Assembly (NCBI GenBank): GCA_964016885.1
Contig: OZ024743.1
Location: 93,620,001 to 93,684,000, forward strand
Source of the DNA: Eledone cirrhosa
Taxonomy: Eukaryota
Reading direction: 5' to 3'
DNA: 64,000 bases
Shown here: piece after piece, positions 40,802 through 52,554 of the stretch
Numbering within the stretch: position 1 is the first letter of the stretch
Layout of the letters: each line of letters starts with the position of its first letter
Notes under the pieces: model-generated
The model's input: the letters and a program-made list of their open reading frames with translations, nothing else
Told to the model about the DNA's origin: nothing
The model's database searches: none
Program-made: the position numbers and the translations under genes

Positions 40802-43800
40802 TAGAAAGTGAGGTTTTTTTTACAAAATGAAAAATAACCGCGGTGTCCTACACAAGTGAAAGTATAAAGAAAAAAAGATGAATACGAAAATGCAACTGGA
40901 GTCTTATTTTAAAAAAATATATATATTTATTTGGCTCCTTTACCGGTTTCGCAGTTCTTCTGCTTTTCAAAAGTAGAGTTGAGATGGAGGGTCTGTGGTT
41001 TTTCTCACATCTGGTTGGTCTCTGAATGTTACTTCTGTTTTATATGGAAAAAAGTGGCTTGAAATGCGAGGTTTTTAGAGAAGTAATTTAATTGGTTGGT
41101 CAATAATTATAATAAATTTCGCGCCAGTTCGCGTTACAAAGTTCTTCAAACAGGGGGGGGGGGGGGGGCACAGGTTGTTTTTTTCATATATGAGTGTTAA
41201 AAAAGGGGCTCACAAAGGTTTTTTTTAAATAAACGTAATTTGATTGGTTATAAATGAAATTATGGCTGTCACGTGAACAAGATTTCATTAAATTTCCGCG
41301 CCCTTATTTGGAAATCTATTCTGTAGCCTTTTTAGAGATGTGTGTATATATATATATGCTGATGTGTGTATATATATATATATACATGCTGACTCTGTCT
41401 CTGTCTATTTTTCCATCAAAGGCTACAGGCCATGACTGGCTATTATTATTAATATTATTGCTGATGTATTCTATCGGCTACTTTGCCATGCGGCGACCCT
41501 CTCTCTATGATGGCTACCCTCTCTCTATCTCTCTCTCTATGATGGCGACCCTCTCTCTATGATGGCTACCCTCTCTCTATCTATCTCTAAGCCACCCATT
41601 ACCTCCCGCTCCCTATTCACCCATTCCACCTCACTCATCTTGAAGCTATTGAAGAGATAAGACACTCTATTCTGAAAGGCTAAAATGAATCACTAGAGTT
41701 GATTTAGCTTCGTTCCAGTCATCCATCTTGACAGCGACCCTCTCTCTACCTCACAATTTCCCTCCCACCATAGCCTATTCGACCAATCAAACCTCAGCAT
41801 GCCATTTCTTCTGCTACTACTAACTCTCTCCTCCCCTGTCCCAGCCCAACACACCCTGCTATTATTCCACCACTACTGTTCTTCTAGCCCTGAATTTTCT
41901 TACCGTTATGGATGGATGAGCTGAGAATAAATTTGAGCAACTCTGAATTAATAGATGAAATATGAATCCGCGAGCTACCAAGCATCCATGTGAAGCGCCA
42001 ATCCAGAGACCCTTCCCTACGAGTGTCGACAAATGCCCAAAACTCCGAGTTGGTACCATCAATGTAAGCACAATGAAAGGAAGAGCAGGAGAAATCGTAG
42101 AAATGCTAGAGCAAAAGGAAATTGATGTATGCTGTGTGCAAGAGACTAGATGGAGAGGAGAGTCTGCCAGAGTCCTTGTAGGAAAAAGTCGGTGCTACAA
42201 ATTTTTCTGGGTGGGAAATGACGATGGGATGGGTGGTGTAGGATACTACTAGCTGACAAGTGGGTAGATAAAGTAATCTCAGTGTACAGGGTAAATGCAA
42301 GAATCATTAAACTCAGACTAGTCCTGAATAAAACAATTACCACAATAATATCAGCTTACGCACCCCAATTGGGGTTGCCAGACGAACTTAAGGATAGGTT
42401 TTACGAGTCCCTAATGAACACTACTGCTCTAACAAACGACAATGACTTCCTAATAATCGCAGGAGATTTTAACGGACATGTAGATAAACACTGCGACAGC
42501 TTCAATAGAGTCCATGGAGCCCATGGGGTTGGCACAAGAAATGAGGAAGGATTCAGACTTCTAGAATTCTGCGACCCCAATGACATGTCGATATGTAACA
42601 CAAAATTCAAAAAACCTGACAACCACCTGATCACCTATAGATCAGGGGAGCATTCTAGTCAGATAGATTTTATCCTCATCAGAGGACGTGACAGATGGAC
42701 GGTCGTAAACACAAAAGCCTTCCCTAGTGAGGAATGTACATCCCAACATAGCTTAGTTGTCAGCGACCTCACAGTCAGAACTAGACGAACCTGGAAACAG
42801 AGGCCAACCTGGAGAAGAAAGATCTGGAAGCTGAAAGACCAGTAACAGATTTAAAGATATTTTACTCAACGCCTATGACAGTAAAGAAGAACAGATAGAG
42901 ACATTCAATGTAGAAGAGAACTAGGAGTTCCTAAAAAATAACTTACTAGAGGCGACGGATGAGGTCTGTGGCTGGAGTAAGACCTCAAGCAGGAGGAGAG
43001 TGACTTGGTGGTGGAACAATAAGGTAGATGAAGCAGTTAAGGCCAAGAGACAGGCATGGAAAGAATGGAAGAACGGGGGGAGCAGGGTACATTACATAGA
43101 GACCAAGAGGGAAGCTAGGCGACAAGTATACTTAGCTAGGAGGGAAGCAGAGGATAGAAAATTCAAGCATGTTTTACAACGTGAGGACCAGAAACAGGAG
43201 GTATTCAAGATTGCGAGGCAGTGTGTCAGAGATAGTTGTGATGTCATTGGAGAGAAGTGTATCCGGAATGATAAAGGTGAGCTTGCCCTCACAAGTGCTG
43301 AGAAGAAAGATGCATGGAAGAGTCATTATGATAGATTACTAAATGAGGAGAATGCATGGGAAGAAGAGACCCTACCCCATGTAGACCCTATAGAGGGACC
43401 AGCAGTACAAGTCAGTGGCAGCGTAGTAAGTAAGGCAATCAGAGATATGAAGATGGGGAAGGCAACCGGTCCATCGGGTATAGCTGCCGAGATGCTGAAG
43501 GCATCTGGGTCTGTAGGTCACACTATAACCACACGTATCGTCAACCAGGTAATACTAGAAGGGGCCATACCAAAAGATTGGTGCAGTAGCATCATTGTCA
43601 ACTGCTACAAAGGTAAAGGCGATGCACTAGATAGAGGAAACTATATAGGTATAAAGTTGATGGACCAGGTCATGAAAGTAACAGAAAGAGTTATAGCAGA
43701 GTTGATTAGGGACCGGGTGAAACTAGACGAGATGCAATTTGGGTTTGTACCAGGAAGAGGCACCACTGATGCCCTCTTCCTTGTGAGGCAGTTACAGGAA

Positions 43801-44869
43801 AAGTACCTAGCTAAAAGTAAGCCACTCTACCTGCCATTTGTCGATCTTGAGAAAGCCTTTGACAGAGTTCCACGTGCTGTAATCTGGTGGGCTCTTAGAA
43901 AACTAGGAGTAGATGAATGGCTTGTGAAAGCTGTACAAGCCATGTATAGGGGAGCAGTCAGCAAAGTTAGGATTAGCAATGAGTATAGCGAGGAATTTAG
44001 CGTACAGGTTGGGGTCCACCAGGGCTCTGTTCTTAGCCCCCTCCTGTTCATCATAGTCCTGCAGGCAATAACGGAGGAGTTTAAGACCGGATGCCCATGG
44101 GAATTCCTGTATGCTGATGACCTCGCACTTATAGCTAAATCTATGGTAAAACTAGAGAAGAAATTCCAAACTTGGAAGCAGGGACTAGAAAGAAAGGGTC
44201 TCAAAGTCAACATGACAAAGACTAAGGTCCTTGTAAGTAGATGAGAAAACAGAACCCAGATCCCCTCAGGGAAATGGCCTTGCTCAGTATGTAGGAGAGG
44301 TGTAGGTAAGAACTCCATTCTCTGCCCCAAATGCAAACAATGGGTACACAAGAGATGTAGCGGGATCTCAGGAAGCTTAATTAAGAATGTAGGCTTCACA
44401 TGCAGCAGCTGTGCTGGGACAGCAAGCAGCAAACAGCCACAGGAAACAAGTACCACCAATCTCTGGGAGGGCTCTGTAGAAACAGTAGACAGCTTCTGCT
44501 ACCTAGGTGACTGAATTAGCAGCGGCGGTGGGTGTTCAGAAAGTATAATAACTAGGGTAAGAATGGGATAGAAGAAGTTTAGGGAACTACTACCACTGCT
44601 AGCTGCAAAAGGCTTCTCCCTCAAAATGAAAGGCAGACTGTATGATGCATGTATCCAAACAGCGATGTTGCATGGTAGTGAGACCTGGGCGCTGAAGGTG
44701 GAAGACTTACGTAGTGTGTCTTCATAGCTACGGCTTCCTACGGTGTTTGCATAGCTACGGCTTCCTAAAACCGTATTTCTTTGGAGATACGAAATATTTA
44801 TATAAATTGTATAAAGCTATGCTTGAAGCGAAATCCTATTTCTCTCTCTCTCTCTATATATATATATAT

Positions 44870-44927
<58 letters not shown>

Positions 44928-46374
44928 TTAGTTATACTATTTATGGTTATGTAAATACAAAACCTTATGCAGTTATAAGTATTTTACACACACCCTAAAT
45001 AGTGGTAGGCAGTAATGTATTACTACCTTATTACCAGTAAGTTAAGTAGCTCAATGTAAAAACATCAGATGATTTACAGAGCAGTTATATGAAATATAAG
45101 AATCAAAGAACTGTTCAAAACATTATTGTGCTCACAGCTGTTTCCTCCAAACCGAGGTTTGGATTCTTCGGAGCAATTTATTAATTCATGGACAGTTATA
45201 TGACCTCCTTTTCAGCCGAGAGACATACCGATACATATTCAAACATTGATACATATTCAAACATTGTGGGTCAACATTCATTACAGAATTTAGAGTGGCA
45301 GTACACACTTCGAGATTACATTTATATTAAGAGGTCAAATCAAAAATCAAAAATACAGGTTAAAATACAACATGAAGATAAGCGGTTATATAGTGCAAAT
45401 GTTATATGTGTGGCACGCATGTGCGTCTTGTTTATATAGTGTGGCAGAGAGATATGTGTGGTAGAGGCACTTAGGTAGGTAAACAAGAGTGTTAGGTTGG
45501 TAGATCTGGTGGCAAATTCTTTATATGATTGATATAGTCTGTGAGTGGAGAAATGTTATAAGCATTAAAAATAGTGCAAGCATTAAAAGTGTTAAAAGTA
45601 TTGGAGATGCACAGCGAAGGGATGTCAAGTATTTCATGTACTTCGGCATTTTCATGGCGTTTCTCGAAACGTAACAGCCTCCTGTATTGAACTAAAGAAC
45701 ACCAGACTACGATCTCTAACTGGATTGTCAAACGCTCAATATCGGATTGTCGTGGATTATGTGAGGGGCATATAATCGAAAAATACACTCCCCTGACCAT
45801 GAAAATGCCGAAGTACATGAAATACTTGACATCCCTTCGCTGTGCATCTCCAATACTTTTAACACTTTTAATGCTTGCACTATTTTTAATGCTTATAACA
45901 TTTCTCCACTCACAGACTATATCAATCATATAAAGAATTTGCCACCAGATCTACCAACCTAACACTCTTGTTTACCTACCTAAGTGCCTCTACCACACAT
46001 ATCTCTCTGCCACACTATATAAACAAGACGTACATGCGTGCCACACATATAACATTTGCACTATATAACCGCTTATCTTCATGTTGTATTTTAACCTGTA
46101 TTTTTGATTTTTGATTTGACCTCTTAATATAAATGTAATCTCGAAGTGTGTACTGCCACTCTTAATTCTGTAATGAATGTTGACCCACAATGTTTGAATA
46201 TGTATCAATGTTTGAATATGTATCGGTATGTCTCTCGGCTGAAAAGGAGGTCATATAATTGTCCATGCATTAATAAATTGCTCCGAAGAATCCAAACCTC
46301 GGTTTGGAGGAAACAGCTGTAAGCACAATAATGTTTTGAACAGTTCTTTGATTCTTATATTTCATATATTTCAT

Positions 46375-46420
<46 letters not shown>

Positions 46421-49400
46421 TACATATATATATTGTTATGCTTTGGGAGGGTCATGTTGCCAATAAGAAACACACGCACCAGTTGCTTTCACTCCAATTT
46501 ATTATAAATTAAATTTATAAATTTAAGAATTTATAAATTTCCAGTTTGTTGGTTGGTTCCATAACCGGACGGTTGTTCATATATTGTCAAAGTTCTTTCG
46601 TCACACATTCTGTGACCTCTTCAGTGACTGGGGATTCTTTTCCTTGTTTTGTGCCTCTCCTTTGTTCTGTCCTATGCCATCTTGTTTTTTTGAAAAAACA
46701 AGATGGCGTAGGACAGAACCCCCTGGTTATTCCACCCTCCACACCCCACTAATTCCAACCCCACCCCACTTATTCCACCCACCCAGTCCCCTATTATTTG
46801 GGATCCAAGAGCAGAAAGAAGAAATGAAGAGAAAGGAGATAGTAAATGATAGTTACCTTTTAAGTAAACACATAACACTGTAAGCTGTACTGGCATCAAG
46901 ACCAGTGGTGGGTTCATCAAGAAATAAAATTTCTGGAGAGGTGATCAGTTCCATACCAATACATGTCCTCTTTCGTTCACCACCAGAAACACCCCGAATG
47001 AATTCACTGCCAACCTGATAATAAAAAATAATGGTTTCTACTTTAGGTACAAGGCCAGCAATTTTGGCAGGGAGGAGAAAGTTGATTAAATCGAACCCAG
47101 TGCAATACTGGTACTTATTTTATTGACCCTCGTAAGGATGATAGGCAAAGCTAACTTTGGTGGGATTTGAACTTAGAACGTAAAGGGCCGTAACTCTATG
47201 CCACTAAGCATGTTGTCCGACGCTCCACCGATTCTGCCAATCCACTGCCCTCTGATGGTGAAAAATAATATTAAAAAAAGGTCAATTTTTTTCTGAATTT
47301 TTATATATTAACAAGGGGAAGCATATAAAAAAAATCACTTGCTAGTGACCATTATCATAATCATATTATTTAACCCTTTAGTTACCAATCTGGCCCAAAC
47401 CGGCTCTAGTTCTATGAAATAAAAACCACCTAATTTAAATGGTTCCTATTTGAATTAGATTTTCTAACATAATTTGATATAAACTTTCTCTTATATTACA
47501 AATAACAGCTTAATCCTTTTATTACCAATCCAGCCAAAACAGGCTCTGGTTCTATGAAATAACAACCACTCATTTAAAGGTCTCCAATTTAAATTAAAAT
47601 CTTCTTACATAATTTTATATAAGAACGCCAAATTAAGTTACTATCTTAGTAATGAAATAATTAGAATTTTAGTAAACCCCTCTAAATTCTTCATTAATTA
47701 ATTAAAATAGAGTGTATTTCATTAGAAATGTGGTCATGAAAAGGTTAACATTAGTTTTTCTTGCTAGCAAGGATTAGACATGTAGCAGACCAGTCAGTAG
47801 TACTCAAGTAGAGTCTCTGACCTCCAAGTGGGCCAGGAGACCAACATACGATCCTGCACTCTATCAAGTACATTGTCTTTGACAGGTTTTCTTCAACTAG
47901 ATATCATTCCTATCACCAACTACTTTGTGGAAGTAGATTAGATCTGCTAACTATGGGAAATAATTAGTGCTTGAGGTGATGAGTAAACTATCCAAGTTAA
48001 TGACTGAGAAATTTGGAAAACCTTTTAATCTATTTACTACAAAAAGTTTTTCTCTAGACCCAGAAAGCTACTTAAAAAGACAAATAAGAGAGCCTCTAAT
48101 TGGCCACTCAGCTTGCTAGAAATAGGTGTATGATACTGTTGTGAAATTCTGAGGATTTATATTATTCAATTAATTTCTATTGTTGGGATGAGGTGATAAA
48201 AGCTGACCTCGTACAATTGCACCTCTCAAAGGTGATGACACAGGGTCGAGATCTCTGGCATTATGTAGTAATACAGAAAACCTGCCTTCCCAGTTTAAAG
48301 TTAAGTATTCTATATTGTTTCTTTCTCCATGCTTTAATATATTTATACCACATTGATACAACTTGTAGATTATTACATTTATATTATTAATGAGTTTTAG
48401 TCAAAGTAAGGTTTTTCAAAGTTATGCTTAACCCAGAAATATTCAGGTAAAATGAAGTAGGATTGATCAGAGATATCTTTGTCCACCAAGTTGGACACAT
48501 TCATCATCATTATCATCATCCTTAACGTCCACTTTCCCTGCTAGCAAGGGTTGGACAAGCCTACATAGACCAAGTTAGTACTCAAGCAGGGCTACTGACC
48601 TCCCAGACAGGTCAAGGGGTCTGTATGCTGCTTGCGTATGGTCATATTGAGTGCAGAGAAGTTGTCGTATCTTTTGAAACAAACTGAAGGGTCCTCCCAA
48701 CCCCTTGTTTGGATATTTATACCAAATTTGTACTACAGTATATATATATATTAAATTAAAGTTCGATCAACATATATATATAAAATAAACACATCAAACA
48801 AGTACAGAGGATAATTTGTAAAGCCTGTAAACACACATAGTTACGGAGGTAACATATTAAAAATTAACAAGAACTTTGAATATAGATTCCTTTGTATATA
48901 TTCCATTGAAGAAATATATTTCACCATTAATCGGTGAATCATAGATGTCAAATCTTGGCCAAGATTTGACATCTTGATTCACTGATTTTAATTTAATGTT
49001 AATAAATGCTCAGAATTATTGCTTGGAATCTTTGAGCTTATTCCACAGGTGATATGGCGCATGCTTCTGATTTTCTCAGACATGGCATCTTTAATCTAAT
49101 TTTGGTACTATATATATATATCATTTAATGGTAGTTAACCGCTCTGTATAATCAGTTCCTGATTATTACTGGAATTCTATAAGAATCCAACATTTATAAT
49201 TTTCAACAGACGAAGGGGAGTACTAAGCTCTGATGAATACCAACAGTATGAAACAGAGATCTGTCAGCTTATCGCCCTTTGTTTGTTGAAAAAAGAAGTA
49301 AGTGACATAGTCACTACTTTAAAACAATAGCGTAAGGTCTTCCAAATATTTTTAATTAAGCATACAGTGTATTGCCAAATACACTATATATACATTTATA

Positions 49401-52400
49401 TATATATATATATAACTTTGGTTTATACCTCATATATATACACACACACACACACATATTCCTTCTTCTTTTGTATTACCTTTTACTCCCTATGGAACAT
49501 TGGGTGACTTTCATTGTTTCTGTAGCCTCACACTCAATCTCTCCTCCCTTCTTAATTTAAAATACGCAACAAAAAATAAATGAAGATAATTTATCTCATA
49601 TCTTATGTCCCACTTAAGTTATATACCTTCAAATCTCAGTGTCATAGCAACTTAACACATTTCTTTAAAATATTAATCTATAATAAACAGAGCAATGATA
49701 AAAAAATACACACAAAAAAACACAAAGAAAACTTAACCTATGTCCCAGTTATGTTAGATACATTTAAATCTTGACATCATAGCAACATAACACAAAAATA
49801 TTATTATTTCTACACCAAAAAAGTCTTTAAATATCAATTTATGATAAAATAAAGCAACGAGAAAAAACAAAACATTCTTATATCTTATACTCTTAGATCT
49901 TGAATAATCGCTTCCTACTTATTAATTTTTCAGATTTTTTTCATAGCCTCCCCTCCCCACATACTAAATTTTGTTAATCTATCTCTGGCAAAATTTTATT
50001 TTAACAACAATTTTCTTTAGACATTAAAAAACATTATACACGATAAAAGAAAACAGTACATTACTAGAAATCCCATATGTTATAAAATAGGATGGGTTGG
50101 GGTCTCAATATGGAAACTAAATGACTAATTCTGTTTTTTTTTTAAATCAACTGAGACAACCTAGAAAAATTACGGATTTTCCAACTCTCCCCATTTATTC
50201 CAACACCTCTGTTCCCCTCTTTCCCCATTATTTGAGACCCGAAAGTATCTCAGTTCAACATAATGTAACACAATATACACAAACTGATTCTCTATAATAA
50301 AAAGTTAGTTGATATTCAATAGACATATCTGCTCTTTTTTTCTTCTATTTTACTTTTCGAATATTAATGAAATTGAATAAACTGAACAATATTGTTCCTT
50401 ATAGTCCTCCAAGCCATAACAGAGGAGTTTAAGACTGGCTGCCCATGGAAACTTCTCTATGCTGATGATCTGGTTCTTATAGCAGAATCAGTAGAGGAGC
50501 TAGAGAATAAATTCTGGCTATGGAAACAGCAGTTGGAAGCAAGCAGACTGAGAGTGAACATAGCTAAGACAAAAGTGCTGATAAGTAGAAAAGAGAACAA
50601 AACTCTGATTCCATCAGGGAAATGGCCATGTTCAATATGTAGAAAAAAAACTGGCATAAATTCTATAAAATGTACGCAATGCAGATCTTGGGAACACAAA
50701 ACAAGTAGTGGGATAGCAGGCAAACTAACAGGTAGGGAAAAATACATATGCAGTAGATGTACAGGGAAATTTGACAGTAGAAGTTGCAGTGATAGACACA
50801 TTTTTCAAATGCAGGTAGGATCCATAGAAGTGGTTGATAGCTTCCGGTACTTAGGTGATCAGATTAGCAAGGGAGGGGGGTGCTCTGAGGCCATAATATC
50901 TAGAATAAGACTGGGTTGGAAGAAGTTTAGGGAGCTGCTTCCTCTGTTGACAAAGAAGGATTTCTCCCTGCGTACGAAAGGACGGTTATATGATGCCTGT
51001 GTGAGATGCGCGATGCTGCATGGTAGTGAGATATGGGCAGCCACTACAGAGGATATGCGACAGCTGAAGAGCAATGAAGCAAGCATGTTCCGTTGGATGT
51101 GCAATGTCAATGTGCGTAAACGACCAAACATAGATGAGTTGAGAAAGAAACTGTGTATAAGAGGGATAAGTTGTGGTGTGCGGGAGAGAAGACTGAGATG
51201 GTATGGACATGTGATGCGAATGGAGGATGACCGCTGTGTAAAGAAGTGCCAAGAAATCCTAGTAGAAGGAAGATGCAGTAGAGGAAGACCACGAAAAACA
51301 TGGGCGGAGGTGTTGAGAACAGACCTCAGATCGCTGAAGCTCACGGAGGAGATGACGAAGGACCGTGACAAATGGAGAGATGCTGTGCTGAATAGGACCC
51401 GCCCCACCCTTGCAAGCAGGGAAAAGTGGACATAAAATGATGATGATGATGATGATAATCCTAGCTGCAAGTTCAAAATTTAACTATTTCTATTAACTAT
51501 TTCTCTATTATCCAACTATCCAACTTTCTTGCTCGCAGCCTGCCTCCCCCCCCCCCCCCCCCCCCCAGGTTGCCTACCCCCAGGTTGCCTGCCGGTTGGT
51601 TTTGTCCACAAAATCTGTCCAGCAATTCTTTCCGGAGACATTCTAACTGGAGCAAGTCTCTGATCTCCGAGCTATGCACTCTATCAAGTAATGTTATTCA
51701 AAAGACCCCTCGGAGAAATCCCATTTCAGCCACTTGTAACCACAATTGTATTCTTTTGGTCAATACCCATGATTCATGACCATAGATGAGTGTTGGAATG
51801 AATACCAAATTGAAGATAACGACTTTGGATTTTATACCTACCTCTCTTCTTCTGATGACTGAATGCTGAAGCTGGTGCATTATATTATATAAATCTATTC
51901 ATATATATAAAACTGATGTTGTTTGTGTGTGTGTGTCCTCATTTTTGGAAAGTCTATACAAATCCACATTTCTACACCGATTGACTTCAAACTTACATTT
52001 ATATATTCCTTGCAGTCTAACAATATTAACTGCAGCTTTTATTTTTCAAGTTTCTGTTGTTAAAGGGGTGTTAAGCGCCAGTTATCGATCTCCGCCATGC
52101 CCTTATAATGTCTGTATGTCTGGCTGTCTGCATTACGAAAAACACGTCATTGCTGACGCATTATCTTCGCCACATTCACACACACACACATATATACACA
52201 TATATATACATATATACACACACACACATATATACATATATATACATATACACACACATATACAGACATACATACACACACACACATATATACATATATA
52301 GACATATACACACACATATACATACATACATACATACACATATATATATATATATATATAGAAACACATATACGCATATATATATATATACACATATAGA

Positions 52401-52509
52401 TATATATAAATATACACATAAAAATATATATATATATAAAACCTTTTACTCCCACACTCTCATAGAAAACCACACTCTTATACCCATATATGTATATACA
52501 CACGCACAT

Positions 52510-52554
<45 letters not shown>

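Larger units (their letters stand above)
45086..46368. repeat. Long inverted repeat: two 572-bp arms around a 139-bp spacer (probable Penelope-like inverted pseudo-LTRs)
   Basis: 45086-45657 is the reverse complement of 45797-46368 with about 5 mismatches seen; the Penelope assignment is inferred. Confidence 0.95.

Noticed and set aside
41400-41960. Possible HDV-like ribozyme in the RTE 5' UTR
   Set aside because: Known in some RTEs, but I could not fold a nested double pseudoknot by eye; needs a descriptor search.
43827-44459. Long antisense ORFs over RT regions (also 50859-51476, 62223-62630)
   Set aside because: Shadow frames of LINE coding sequence.
44714-44835. Short direct repeat CATAGCTACGGCTTCCTA and hairpins at the RTE truncation point as a ribozyme
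   Set aside because: No matching catalytic core found; probably a junction of another repeat.
45188-46208. ORFs within the large inverted repeat
   Set aside because: No recognisable domain; mirrored chance frames.
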